NCBI GenBank assembly: GCA_946011725.1
Contig: CAMGBT010000004.1
Coordinates: forward strand, 2,422 to 66,421
Length of the DNA: 64,000 nt
From: an uncultured Bacteroidales bacterium
GTDB taxonomy: Bacteria > Bacteroidota > Bacteroidia > Bacteroidales > Muribaculaceae
Direction: 5' to 3'
In this document: piece after piece, positions 9,993 to 20,369 of the stretch
Layout of the letters: the number at the start of each line of letters is the position of its first letter
Position numbering within the stretch: the stretch's first letter is position 1
Program-made: the position numbers and the translations under genes
Notes under the pieces: generated by a model
What the model saw: only the letters and a program-made list of their open reading frames with translations
Databases searched by the model: none
What the model was told of the DNA's origin: nothing

Positions 9993-10961
9993 ATGAATAT
10001 CGATAACAAACAATTGTTACGGTCCATCAAGGACTACTTCTTCATAGTGTTAGGCGTATCTACTTACGCCTTCGGCTTCGCCACGTTTATCTTGCCGCAC
10101 AACGTGGTGATTGGCGGCGTGGCCGGTTTGAGTACCATCGTCTACTTCACCACCGGCTTGCCTATCGCTGTGGGCAACTACTTGTTCAACATCATCCTCT
10201 TGATCATGGCTTACAAGATCGTGGGCAAGAAGTTTGTGTTGGGCACCATTTTCGGCACCACCATGATTTCGCTCATGATGGGTATCTTCATCCCGCTGTG
10301 TAAAAATTTGGTAACACTCGACCCGTTCCTGAGCTGTTTGCTCGGCGGTATCTTGGCCGGCGTGGGTATAGGTATGTGTTTCACACACAATGGTTCGTCG
10401 GGCGGCACCGACATCATCGCCGCCATGGTGGCTAAGAAATCGAACGTAACCATCGGTCGCACAATGATTTACGTGGACTTCATCATCATCACCTCCGGTT
10501 ATTTCTTTGCTCCGGGCGGCTCGTTGGAGAAGATTGTTTACGGTCTGATTGTGCTGTTCATGTGCTCGTATATGGCTGATATGGTGATCAATACCAACCG
10601 CCAGGCGGTGCAGTTCATCATCTTCTCGCGCCGTTGGCAGGAGATTGCCACAGCTATCAATAATGAGGCGCACCGTGGTTGCACCGTGCTCTCCGGCATG
10701 GGCTGGTACAGCAAGCAGGAGGTGAAAGTGCTGATGGTGATGGCTCGCAAAATCGAATCCGTGGGCATCTTCCGCATTGTCAAAGGCATTGACCCAGATG
10801 CTTTTATCACCCAAGGTAACGTCAACGGCGTTTACGGCAAGGGCTTCGACCAAATGAAGATCAAGATGAAGATTGAACCCGAAACAGCCGTGCGCGTGGA
10901 AGAGCATGCTCAGCTCTCCGACAAGCATCTATCGGCTCCGACCGGCCACCCGATTATCTAA
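9993..10961 (+). CDS. YitT family membrane protein
   Basis: IGGVAGLS, GSSGGTDII, multiple TMs and C-terminal DPDAFI (DUF2179-like). Confidence 0.9.
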   Translation: MNIDNKQLLRSIKDYFFIVLGVSTYAFGFATFILPHNVVIGGVAGLSTIVYFTTGLPIAVGNYLFNIILLIMAYKIVGKKFVLGTIFGTTMISLMMGIFIPLCKNLVTLDPFLSCLLGGILAGVGIGMCFTHNGSSGGTDIIAAMVAKKSNVTIGRTMIYVDFIIITSGYFFAPGGSLEKIVYGLIVLFMCSYMADMVINTNRQAVQFIIFSRRWQEIATAINNEAHRGCTVLSGMGWYSKQEVKVLMVMARKIESVGIFRIVKGIDPDAFITQGNVNGVYGKGFDQMKIKMKIEPETAVRVEEHAQLSDKHLSAPTGHPII

Positions 10962-10981
10962 CGCTAAAATACTGAATTACA

Positions 10982-11812
10982 ATGAATAATATGATGGTAA
11001 GAGCGCTGTCCGGCGCTGTGTATGTGGCCTTATTGGTCTTCACCTTGATTTTCGCCCCCACATTTTGCTTCGGCGTGCTGATGATTGTCTTCGCCATGAT
11101 TGGCATCGGCGAATTGCAAGCGATGCGCGCCAAAGAAGCGCCGATGGGTAAGTGGGTACGTTTCCTCGATTTGCTCATGCCCATTGCCGTGATTGGCGGC
11201 GGGCTGGCGTGTTGCTTACCGGCTCAGGATCACGACTGGTTGGTGATACTCATTTATATTATGGCCGCTTACGGCGCTTTGTATTTCACTTTGCGCATGA
11301 TTCTTGCCACGCTCGACCGCAATGAAAAGCCCGTGCAGAACTATCTCACCTCGCTGTTGTCGTTGCTTTACATTGTGCTGCCCTTGGCCGCGCTTACTAT
11401 CTTGGCAGGTTGCACCCCCAAATACGTGCTGCTCACTTTCATCATGATATGGCTCAACGACACCGGCGCTTACCTCACCGGTCGCTCATTCGGCCGTCAC
11501 AAGTTGTGCGAACGCCTTTCGCCCAAGAAGACTTGGGAAGGGTTTTGGGGCGGATTTGCCTTCTCTGTGTTGGCCGGCGTGGTTGCGGCACTGTTCTTTA
11601 TGCCTCACAGCCCCTTGCTCTTGGCTTTGTACGGTGCAATTGTCAGTGTGATAAGCACTTATGGCGACTTGTTTGAATCTTTGCTCAAACGTACTGCCGG
11701 CGTCAAAGATTCCGGCAACCTCATTCCGGGCCACGGCGGCATCCTCGACCGCATCGATTCGGTGTTGGCAGTGGCGGTCCCGGCTTTGTTATTCTTCAGC
11801 ATCTTTAAATGA
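10982..11812 (+). CDS. cdsA: Phosphatidate cytidylyltransferase
   Basis: WLNDTGAY, SPKKTWEG, GDLFESLLKRxxGVKDSGNLIPGHGGILDRIDS signature. Confidence 0.97.
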   Translation: MNNMMVRALSGAVYVALLVFTLIFAPTFCFGVLMIVFAMIGIGELQAMRAKEAPMGKWVRFLDLLMPIAVIGGGLACCLPAQDHDWLVILIYIMAAYGALYFTLRMILATLDRNEKPVQNYLTSLLSLLYIVLPLAALTILAGCTPKYVLLTFIMIWLNDTGAYLTGRSFGRHKLCERLSPKKTWEGFWGGFAFSVLAGVVAALFFMPHSPLLLALYGAIVSVISTYGDLFESLLKRTAGVKDSGNLIPGHGGILDRIDSVLAVAVPALLFFSIFK

Positions 11813-11813
11813 T

Positions 11814-13622
11814 ATGAATCTCAACAACCTCATAACCAAAGCCGCAACCACTGTCATTGCGGCTTTGTGCGTACATGGCGCCGGCGCTCAGTCGCTGCGC
11901 GTTAACCAAATCGGTTACCTTCAGGACGATGTCAAGGTAGCCGTGTATATGGGCACCGTCGATCCTGCACAGCTGTCGTTCGAGTTGGCCTCCGCCGACT
12001 ACGGCATTGTGGCCGTGGACTCGGTGGTGAAGACCGATCCCTGGGCACCGATGGGCTATGCTGCTCGTATCTACTTCTCCTCCGTCGAGCAACCGGGCAA
12101 CTACGTACTCACCGCCAAGCTCGGTGGGAAGGTGGCCGAGGTCATCGGTCTGTACATCGGCAATGATGCTTACAGCCGCCATGCCATCAACGAGCTACCG
12201 CTCATCTATCTGCGACAGCAGCGTTGCGGCTTCAACCCCGTGCACAATGAGCAGTGCCACACTCACGACGGCTTCTTGGTGCTTTCGGGCGACCGCGACG
12301 GCCAACACGTCGATGTCACCGGCGGTTGGCACGATGCCTCCGACTACCTTCAATACCTCACCACCTCGGCCAACACCGTGTACCAGCTGCTGTTCGCCTA
12401 CCGTGAGAATCCCACCGGCTGGGCCGATCATTACGATGCCAACGGCCGTCCCGGCGCTAACGGCGTGCCCGACATTCTCGACGAAGCGCGTTGGGGCTTG
12501 GAATGGATGATGAAGATGAACCCTGCCGAAGGTGAGTACTACAACCAAATCGCCGACGACCGCGACCACCGATTCGTGGGCGTGCCCTCCGCCGACAACG
12601 TCGACTATGGCATGGGCGAGGGTGGGGCACGCCCCGTTTACCCCTGCATCGGCCACCCCTGCGGCCTCGGTAAGTACCTCAACGAAAGCACCGGATTGGC
12701 TTCGTCCGTGGCCAAGTTTGCTTCGTCGTTCGCCCTCGGTAGCGAAGTCTTCGCCACCATCGACACCGCTTTCGCCGCCGACATGGCGCGCCGTTCCGAA
12801 GCTGCCTACACTGTGGCTAAGGCCAACCCCGGCGCGTGCCAAACTTGCTCCACCGTGTCGCCTTATCGCTATGAGGAATGCAACTATGTCGATGACCTCG
12901 AACTGGCCGCCGTGGCCCGCTATCGCCTCACCGCCGACTCGGCGCTGATGGCCGACGCAGTCAGTTACGGCCGCCAAGAACCGGTCACCCCGTGGATGGG
13001 CGCCGACTCCGCCGCACACTATCAGTGGTATCCTTTCGTCAACCTCGGTCACCCCGAAATTGCGCGCCTCAACCCTGAGCGGGCTGCCGAATTTGCTCGC
13101 AATATGCGTAGCGGTCTCGCACGCGTGGCCGACCGTGCAGGTGGCAACGCTTTCCGCTACGGCGTGCCCTTCATCTGGTGCTCCAACAACCTTGTCGTAG
13201 CCTTAGTCACCCAGGCCATGCTCTACCGCGAAATCACCGGCGATGACCAGTTCCGCGAACTCGAAACCTCCGCTCGCGACTGGCTCTTCGGCGTCAACCC
13301 ATGGGGCCAAACCATGATCATACTTCCCGAGAATATGGTGCTGTCCTCGCCGCTCGACCCCCATTCGGCCATGACTGACCGCAGCGTCAACGGCCGCCCC
13401 GGCCGCGACTACCTCGTGGGCAGCTTGGTCGACGGCCCCGTCTACACCACCATCTTCAACAAGCTCTGGGGCGTACACCTGCGCCGCGACGACCGCTTCG
13501 CCCAATTCCAAGGCGGCCCGGCCATCTACCACGACGACTACAGCGACTACTCCTCCAACGAACCCACCATGGACGGCACCGCCTCCCTCACCTTCCTCCT
13601 CGCCCGCCTCTGCCGCCGCTAA
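11814..13622 (+). CDS. Glycoside hydrolase family 9 (cellulase-like), secreted
   Basis: Signal peptide from ATG11814, RVNQIGY Ig-like start, DVTGGWHDASD, SNEPTMDGTA. Confidence 0.9.
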   Translation: MNLNNLITKAATTVIAALCVHGAGAQSLRVNQIGYLQDDVKVAVYMGTVDPAQLSFELASADYGIVAVDSVVKTDPWAPMGYAARIYFSSVEQPGNYVLTAKLGGKVAEVIGLYIGNDAYSRHAINELPLIYLRQQRCGFNPVHNEQCHTHDGFLVLSGDRDGQHVDVTGGWHDASDYLQYLTTSANTVYQLLFAYRENPTGWADHYDANGRPGANGVPDILDEARWGLEWMMKMNPAEGEYYNQIADDRDHRFVGVPSADNVDYGMGEGGARPVYPCIGHPCGLGKYLNESTGLASSVAKFASSFALGSEVFATIDTAFAADMARRSEAAYTVAKANPGACQTCSTVSPYRYEECNYVDDLELAAVARYRLTADSALMADAVSYGRQEPVTPWMGADSAAHYQWYPFVNLGHPEIARLNPERAAEFARNMRSGLARVADRAGGNAFRYGVPFIWCSNNLVVALVTQAMLYREITGDDQFRELETSARDWLFGVNPWGQTMIILPENMVLSSPLDPHSAMTDRSVNGRPGRDYLVGSLVDGPVYTTIFNKLWGVHLRRDDRFAQFQGGPAIYHDDYSDYSSNEPTMDGTASLTFLLARLCRR

Positions 13623-13739
13623 CCCGCCCGGTCGACCCCCACTCCCCGCTCAGCGCACGGAAAGCCGCCTCAGCATTCTTCAATATCCGCGCTCGCATAT
13701 TTTTTTGAAAGATTTTTTGGTGGTTTGCGCGAAAATTGC

Positions 13740-13747
13740 TATCTTTG
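13740..13747 (+). promoter_or_regulatory. TAnnTTTG -7 promoter element for pgm
   Basis: TATCTTTG 54 nt upstream of ATG13801. Confidence 0.65.
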
Positions 13748-13800
13748 CAATGGTTTTGAAAATCCATGAATAATCTACATAAAACAACCTCATAACTGAT

Positions 13801-15552
13801 ATGGACAATAAGAATCAAGAACTATTGGAGCAGGTGCGCGCCAAAGCCCAACAGTGGCTCGCTCCTTGCTACGACGCTGAAACTCGCGCTCAAGTGGAAG
13901 CTCTTCTCAGCGCTGAAGACTCCACCGAATTGATTGAGTGCTTCTATAAAGACCTCGAATTCGGCACCGGCGGCCTTCGCGGCATAATGGGCCCGGGTTC
14001 GAACCGTATGAACATCTACACCGTAGGTGCTGCTACTCAAGGTTTCGCCAACTACCTCAAAGAAGCCTTCAAGGACCGCGACCAAATCTCCGTGGCAGTG
14101 GGCCACGACGTGCGCAACAACTCTCGCAAATTCGCCGAAGTGGTTGCAGCCGTGTTCTCCGCCAACGGCATCAAGGTGTACCTGTTCGACTCCTTCCGCC
14201 CCACTCCCGAACTCTCCTTCGCCATCCGCTACTTCGGTTGCCAAAGTGGCGTGAACATCACCGCCTCCCACAACCCCAAGGAATATAACGGCTACAAGGC
14301 TTATTGGGAAGACGGTGCGCAAATCATTGCCCCTCATGATGTTAACATCATCGACAATGTAAACCGCATCCACTCGGTGGAAGAAATCAAATTCGACGCC
14401 AACCCCGACCTTATCCAAATCGTGGGCAAAGAAGTGGACGATGCTTTCCTCGGCGAAATCAAGAAACTCCAACTCGACCCCGAAGTGTGCGCTCGCCAAA
14501 AAGACCTCAAGATCGTGTACACCCCGATCCACGGCACCGGCGTGGAACTCATCCCCGCTTCGCTGCGTAACTTCGGCTTCGAAAACATCATCCACGTGCC
14601 CGAGCAAGACGTGCCCTCCGGCGACTTCCCCACCGTGGAATCTCCCAACCCCGAAGTGCCCTCCGCCATGGCTATGGCCATCGCCAAGGCTAAGGAAGTG
14701 AACGCCGACATTGTGATGGCTTCCGATCCTGACGCCGACCGCATCGGTTGCGTAATCCGCGACAACTCTGGCGAATACGTGCTCATCAACGGTAACCAAA
14801 TCGTGATGATTCTGCTCAACTACATCATGCAGCGCAATCGCGAACTCGGCCGCCTCAAAGGCAACGAATTCATCGTGAAGACCATCGTTACCACCGAAAC
14901 CATCAAGAGCATCGCCAAAAATAACAACATCAAGATGTACGATTGCTACACCGGCTTCAAGTGGATCGCTTCCGTAATCCGCGATCTCGAAGGAAAGGAA
15001 CGCTACATCGGTGGTGGCGAAGAAAGCTACGGCTTCCTCGCTGAAGACTTCGCTCGCGACAAAGACGCCGTGTCGGCCATATCCCTGATGGCCGAAGTGT
15101 GCGCTTGGGCTAAGGACCGCGGCCTCGACTTCAACCAAATGCTCCTGGACATCTACTTGCAAAACGGCTTCTCGCGCGAAGAAGGCATCTCCGTGGTACG
15201 CAAAGGCCGCACCGGCGCTCAGGAAATCGCCCAAATGATGGCTGACTTCCGCGCCACCCCGCCTACCACGCTCGGCGGCAGCAAGGTCAACTGCGTCAAG
15301 GACTACCAAACCCTCAAGGCCACTTGCGCTTGCGGCAATGTTTTCGACCTCGACTTCCCTTGCACATCCAACGTGCTCCAATTCTTCACCGAAGACGGCT
15401 CCAAGGTATCCGTTCGCCCCTCCGGCACAGAGCCCAAGATCAAATTCTACGTAGAAGTGCACTTGCCCATGGCCTCCAAGGACCAATACGAAAGCTGCAT
15501 CGAAGCCGCTAAGGCCAAGATCGAAGCAATCAAGCATGACCTCGGCATCTAA
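13801..15552 (+). CDS. pgm: Phosphoglucomutase / phospho-sugar mutase
   Basis: FGTGGLRG, ITASHNP phosphoserine loop, DPDADR, GEES, RPSGTEPKIKFY. Confidence 0.95.
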   Translation: MDNKNQELLEQVRAKAQQWLAPCYDAETRAQVEALLSAEDSTELIECFYKDLEFGTGGLRGIMGPGSNRMNIYTVGAATQGFANYLKEAFKDRDQISVAVGHDVRNNSRKFAEVVAAVFSANGIKVYLFDSFRPTPELSFAIRYFGCQSGVNITASHNPKEYNGYKAYWEDGAQIIAPHDVNIIDNVNRIHSVEEIKFDANPDLIQIVGKEVDDAFLGEIKKLQLDPEVCARQKDLKIVYTPIHGTGVELIPASLRNFGFENIIHVPEQDVPSGDFPTVESPNPEVPSAMAMAIAKAKEVNADIVMASDPDADRIGCVIRDNSGEYVLINGNQIVMILLNYIMQRNRELGRLKGNEFIVKTIVTTETIKSIAKNNNIKMYDCYTGFKWIASVIRDLEGKERYIGGGEESYGFLAEDFARDKDAVSAISLMAEVCAWAKDRGLDFNQMLLDIYLQNGFSREEGISVVRKGRTGAQEIAQMMADFRATPPTTLGGSKVNCVKDYQTLKATCACGNVFDLDFPCTSNVLQFFTEDGSKVSVRPSGTEPKIKFYVEVHLPMASKDQYESCIEAAKAKIEAIKHDLGI

Positions 15553-15638
15553 TGATTGAATTATCAACAGATTAACTTACCCTCCAATGCGTCGCTAAGC
15601 CTCTCCGCAGGCTCATGCGGCGCATTGTAATTGTGATT

Positions 15639-16352
15639 ATGATTGAGCAACGCATCCTTTACGAAGACAACCACATTATTATATTTAACAAGCTCCCGGG
15701 CGAGATAGTGCAGGGCGACAAGACCGGCGATGAACCGCTGGTCGAGACCCTCAAGCACTTCATCAAGCAGCGCGACGCCAAACCCGGCGCCGTGTTCCTC
15801 GGTGTGGTGCATCGCTTGGATCGGCCCGTGGGCGGCGTGGTCATCTTTGCCAAGACCTCCAAAGCCTTGGCGCGGCTAAATGAAATGTTGCGCCTCGGTC
15901 AGATTCACAAGACCTACTGGGCACTCACGCGCGGCATGCCGCCGCAGCCGGCGGGAGAACTCACCCACTATATCACCACCGTGGAGCGCATCAACAAGTC
16001 AACCGCTCACCTGCGGTCTAAACCCGGCGCAAAGGAAGCGCGGTTGCGCTACCGTTTGCTTGCCCAAGGTCAGAACTTCAACCTGTTGGAAATCAATCTA
16101 CTAACCGGACGAAAGCACCAAATCCGCGTGCAGCTCAGCGCCATCGGATGCCCCATCCGCGGCGATCTGAAGTACGGCGACAAGCGTTCCAATCCCGACG
16201 GCTCCATCTCGCTTCTGGCCCGCCATATCGAGTTCGAACATCCGGTGAAACACATCCCCATCAGCGTCACCGCACCCGTGCCCGACGAACGCCTCTGGCA
16301 GGAGCTTGCACTCGCCGCTGAACAATCTCAAACACCTCCTACTGATGACTAA
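15639..16352 (+). CDS. RluA family pseudouridine synthase
   Basis: HRLDRPVGG catalytic motif, TGRKHQIRVQ, GDLKYG. Start at MIEQRILYEDNH. Confidence 0.95.
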   Translation: MIEQRILYEDNHIIIFNKLPGEIVQGDKTGDEPLVETLKHFIKQRDAKPGAVFLGVVHRLDRPVGGVVIFAKTSKALARLNEMLRLGQIHKTYWALTRGMPPQPAGELTHYITTVERINKSTAHLRSKPGAKEARLRYRLLAQGQNFNLLEINLLTGRKHQIRVQLSAIGCPIRGDLKYGDKRSNPDGSISLLARHIEFEHPVKHIPISVTAPVPDERLWQELALAAEQSQTPPTDD

Positions 16353-17328
16353 ACAAGACCTTCGAATAGTATTCCTCGGCACGCCCTACTTCGCCGTGGA
16401 GAGCCTCAACCGATTGGTTGAAGGCGGCTACAACGTGGTGGGCGTAATCACTATGCCCGACAAGCCCGCCGGACGCGGACACCATCTGCTGCAGTCGGCC
16501 GTGAAGCAATACGCTGTGGCTCACGACCTTAAGGTGATGCAGCCGGTGAGCCTGCGCGACCCCGAGTTCCTTGATGAGCTGCGCGCACTCCGTGCCGACC
16601 TCTTCATCGTAATCGCCTTCCGTATGCTCCCGCGCGAAGTGTGGCAGATGCCGCCATTGGGCACTTTCAACCTCCACGCATCCCTGCTGCCGCGCTACCG
16701 TGGCGCCGCGCCCATCAACCGTGCCGTGATGAATGGCGACACCGAAACCGGCGTGACCACCTTCATGCTCAAGCACGAAATCGACACCGGCGATATCCTC
16801 CAGCAACAAAGCATTCAAACCTCTCAAGAAGAGAACGCTGGCGCCGTCCACGACCGTCTGATGATGCTCGGTGCCGACCTCACCATCCAAACCGTGGACC
16901 ACATCATCGCCGGCGACCTCACGCCCATCCCCCAGGACCAACTGCTTGGCGAACGCGAGGCTACTCCCGCGCCCAAAATCTTCAGCGATGACTGCGTAAT
17001 CGACTGGACCAAGACCGCTGCCGAGGTGCACAACCACGTGCGTGGTCTATCGCCATATCCTGCCGCCCGCTCGGTGCTCGTCAACGCCGATGGTAGCGAA
17101 CTGTCGTGCAAGATTCTTGCCACTCGCAAGGTAGCCGGCCGCGCTGATGCCGCGCCCGGCAGCATAATTTGCGGCGACAAAAAGTTGGTGGTGGCATGCG
17201 CCGACGGCTCGGCCGTGGAGGTACTCCAAATCCAACCAGCCGGCAAGCGAGCCATGGACACAGAGGCGTGGTTGCGCGGATACAGATTGGCCAATAATGC
17301 GCATTTTGTAGAAAAATTGGGAAAATAG
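16345..17328 (+). CDS. fmt: Methionyl-tRNA formyltransferase
   Basis: RIVFLGTP, NLHASLLPRYRGAAPI, DTGDI, HVRGLSPYP. Confidence 0.97.
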   Translation: MTKQDLRIVFLGTPYFAVESLNRLVEGGYNVVGVITMPDKPAGRGHHLLQSAVKQYAVAHDLKVMQPVSLRDPEFLDELRALRADLFIVIAFRMLPREVWQMPPLGTFNLHASLLPRYRGAAPINRAVMNGDTETGVTTFMLKHEIDTGDILQQQSIQTSQEENAGAVHDRLMMLGADLTIQTVDHIIAGDLTPIPQDQLLGEREATPAPKIFSDDCVIDWTKTAAEVHNHVRGLSPYPAARSVLVNADGSELSCKILATRKVAGRADAAPGSIICGDKKLVVACADGSAVEVLQIQPAGKRAMDTEAWLRGYRLANNAHFVEKLGK

Positions 17329-17418
17329 TGCGATTTTAACAAAATTTCAGCCTTAACTCTTTGCTATTTTGCGCAAAATCGCTAACTTTGAACAAACTTA
17401 CAAAAGACATCCGCAACA

Positions 17419-17685
17419 ATGAGCGATTCCGAAATAAAAATGCCCGAGCGCCCCAAGCGCAAAAAGCTTCCATCCACAGGCAAACTATTAGGCTTTACCT
17501 TTGGTCTATTTATGGTTTGCGTTTACGTTGGCATGGGTATATTGCTGTTAATCAACTTCTTCCAGTGGCAACCAAGCTACGACTGGGTGCGATATATGAT
17601 GTTCCCCATTTTGGTGGCTTACGGCATCTTCAGAGGCTGGCGTGCCTATAAACAACTTAATCAGTACTCCGACGACGATGAATAA
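17419..17685 (+). CDS. Small two-TM membrane protein
   Basis: Two hydrophobic segments. Overlaps the start of the PstS-like gene. Confidence 0.75.
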   Translation: MSDSEIKMPERPKRKKLPSTGKLLGFTFGLFMVCVYVGMGILLLINFFQWQPSYDWVRYMMFPILVAYGIFRGWRAYKQLNQYSDDDE

Positions 17686-18658
17686 CAAAGGAGCAATACT
17701 TTTGGCCATGGCCGCTCTGCTTATGTCGCTGTGCGGCTGTCTCCGTTATGAGAAGAAAGGCGATACCCACACCACCGGTACCACTACCATATTCTGTGAC
17801 AACACTTTCGAAAACATTATGCGCCAAGAGGTTGACGTGTTCGAGTACCAGTACCCTGAAGCTCACATCTTGGCTCGCTACGGCACTCAATCCGAAGCCC
17901 TCGACTCGCTGCTGAGTCTCAATACTCGCACCATTATCATCGCTCGCGACCTTACCGACCGCGAACGCCAAATCATCAAGAACAAGCGTCGCAACGTGCG
18001 TTCCTCCAAGATCGCCGTGGATGCCGTGGCGCTGATTGTCAACCCTGAAAATCCCGTGGGCAAGCTCACCCTCAGCGAGTTAGCCGACATCCTTTCGGGC
18101 CGCGTGCGCGACTGGAACGACATCTGGCCCACCGACATCGGCGAAATCTCCGTGGTGTTTGACCATCAAGCCTCATCATTAGTAGGCTATATGCGCGACT
18201 CACTCCTCAACGGCGAGCCCCTTGGCCCCAACGTCTACGCCCAAGGCACAGTCCAAGGCGTGTTCAAAGCTGTCAAGGAGCATAAGAACGCCATCGGCGT
18301 GCTTGGCGTCAGCTGGATTACCACCGACATGGCCTCTGCCGACCTCACTTCAAAAGAACTCGCCGAACAAGTGCTCAACGAAGCACCTGTGGAAGGTGCC
18401 ACACTCACACAAGATGTAAAAGTCCTCAGCATCTACCCCCGCGAAGGTGCCCGCGCTTACAAACCCTACCAGCAGAACATTTTCGACGGCACATACCCCC
18501 TGTTCCGCCAAATATATATGCACACCACCGGCGCCAGCGGCTCGCTTGCCGGCGGCTTCTACTCGTTCGTTACCGGCAACACCGGCCAGAAAATCATCAT
18601 GAAGACCGGTATCTTGCCCGCTCGCGCTTCTCGCATCCAAGTTGTTGAACTTCAATAA
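17678..18658 (+). CDS. PstS-family (PBP2) substrate-binding lipoprotein
   Basis: Lipobox LCGC, IAVDAVALIVNPENPV, NAIGVLG, GTYPLFRQIY. Confidence 0.88.
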   Translation: MNNKGAILLAMAALLMSLCGCLRYEKKGDTHTTGTTTIFCDNTFENIMRQEVDVFEYQYPEAHILARYGTQSEALDSLLSLNTRTIIIARDLTDRERQIIKNKRRNVRSSKIAVDAVALIVNPENPVGKLTLSELADILSGRVRDWNDIWPTDIGEISVVFDHQASSLVGYMRDSLLNGEPLGPNVYAQGTVQGVFKAVKEHKNAIGVLGVSWITTDMASADLTSKELAEQVLNEAPVEGATLTQDVKVLSIYPREGARAYKPYQQNIFDGTYPLFRQIYMHTTGASGSLAGGFYSFVTGNTGQKIIMKTGILPARASRIQVVELQ

Positions 18659-18686
18659 GTAATCAAATAATCTAACAATAATCGAT

Positions 18687-20303
18687 ATGAAATTTAAAGC
18701 ACTTTTAGCTATGCTGGTGGCCGGCACAATGCTGGTATCAGCCCAAAGTCAAGGCTATCAGGACGGTGTGGAATACTACAAGGCCGGCCAATATGAAAAC
18801 GCCAAGACCATCCTGCTCAATACCATGAACAGCGCTTCCACCAACCAAGCGCTCGCCAACTACTACCTCGGCCAAACCTACCTCGCCCTCGGCGATAAGA
18901 CTGCCGCCCTCGCTTCTTTCCAAACCGGTCAACAGGCCGATCCCACCTGCGCTTACAACTACGTAGGCCTCGGTGCCGTTGCTTTGGTTAACGGCGATGT
19001 CAAAGCCGCTCGCGACTACTTCAAAGAAGCTCAACGCCTCGCAAAAAAGGACTACGAAGTGTTAGTGGCTATAGCTCGCGCTTACTACAACGTTGACCCC
19101 GTGGCTTACGCTCAAGACATCGACAAACTCTTGGCTAAAGCTCACAAAGATTCCAAACACCAAGAACCCGCTATCTACATCCTCGAAGGTGATATGGCTG
19201 CCGCTACCGGCGACTTCGGCACCGCTGCCGGCAAGTATGAAATGGCCATCAGCTACGATAACACCAACCCCGAAGGTTATGTGAAATATGCCAACTGCTA
19301 CTTCCACATCAACCCCCAATTCGCTATCGCCAAGCTCGAAGAATTCCTGCAAATTGCCCCCAACTCCGCTCTCGCCCAACGCGAACTCGCCGAAAAATAC
19401 TTCATGGCAAACTACTGGAAGAAAGCCGCTGAACAATATGGCCGTTACATCCAAAACCCCAACCACTTCCCCGAAGACAAAGCTCGCTACTCCGTGCTTC
19501 TGTTCTACGGTGAAGACTACGAAGGCGCTCTGCGCGTAGCCAACGAAGTGATCGCCATCCAGCCCGACAACTTCCAATGCCTGCGCGTGCGCATCCTCAG
19601 CGAAGCTCAACTCGAACGCTTCGACCAAGTAGCCGAACACGGCGCTCAATTCTTCGCCGCTTTCCCCGCCGACAAGTTCAACGCCAACGACTATGTGGTA
19701 TACGCTGACGCTCTCAACAAGCTCGGTCGCGATGACGAATCTCTCCAAGTGCTCGAATCCGCCATCAATAATTTCCCCGAAGATGCTGGCTTGCTCTACA
19801 CCCTCTCGGCCGTTTACTCCAAGAACGAAGAAACTTACCTCCAAGCTGCCGAGCTTTTCGACCGCTACTTGGCCGCTAAAGAATCTGCTTCGCTCTCCGA
19901 CTACATGACCGCCACCGGTCGCTGGCTGATGGTTGCCGCAAAAACTGAAGACCTCGAACTCCGCGCTTCCGCCGCTCAAAAAGGTATTGCTCACATCGAC
20001 TACATCATGACCAAGGCTCAACCCAGCGCGTTCATCTTCCAACGCAAAGCACGTCTCTACGTTGCCGGTGACCCCAACCGTCAGCCCAATGCCGAAGCTA
20101 TCGCCACTTACATGGACATGATTCAGCTCCTCGACCAAGACCCCGCAAACGCTGACGTTAACAACCCCAACAACTACCTCAGCCTCTACAAAGAAGCATA
20201 CATGTTTGCCGTGGTTTACTACAGCAAGGTTGAACCTAACGAAGAACTCTTGGCTCAATACAGCGAAAAACTCGAGGCTGTCAAAACTCTTCTCGGTGAA
20301 TAA
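18687..20303 (+). CDS. Tetratricopeptide repeat protein, secreted
   Basis: Signal peptide and repeated TPR-type helical pattern (A..YYLGQ.Y...G....A...F). Confidence 0.88.
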   Translation: MKFKALLAMLVAGTMLVSAQSQGYQDGVEYYKAGQYENAKTILLNTMNSASTNQALANYYLGQTYLALGDKTAALASFQTGQQADPTCAYNYVGLGAVALVNGDVKAARDYFKEAQRLAKKDYEVLVAIARAYYNVDPVAYAQDIDKLLAKAHKDSKHQEPAIYILEGDMAAATGDFGTAAGKYEMAISYDNTNPEGYVKYANCYFHINPQFAIAKLEEFLQIAPNSALAQRELAEKYFMANYWKKAAEQYGRYIQNPNHFPEDKARYSVLLFYGEDYEGALRVANEVIAIQPDNFQCLRVRILSEAQLERFDQVAEHGAQFFAAFPADKFNANDYVVYADALNKLGRDDESLQVLESAINNFPEDAGLLYTLSAVYSKNEETYLQAAELFDRYLAAKESASLSDYMTATGRWLMVAAKTEDLELRASAAQKGIAHIDYIMTKAQPSAFIFQRKARLYVAGDPNRQPNAEAIATYMDMIQLLDQDPANADVNNPNNYLSLYKEAYMFAVVYYSKVEPNEELLAQYSEKLEAVKTLLGE

Positions 20304-20325
20304 TTCTCCTTATACATTATAATAT

Positions 20326-20353
20326 AGGGTGCGCTCCCGCCGGAGCGCACCCT
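20326..20353 (+). terminator. Rho-independent terminator-like hairpin after the TPR gene
   Basis: agggtgcgctcc / ggagcgcaccct 12-bp perfect stem with a 4-nt loop. Confidence 0.7.
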
Positions 20354-20369
20354 TAAAATTCTTTTTCAC

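Noticed and set aside
13822-15567. Long antisense ORFs (for example 13822-15567, 19062-20258, 5991-7190, 12195-13052, 31676-33676)
   Set aside because: Shadow frames opposite well-supported genes, caused by strong C/G third-position bias. No motifs.
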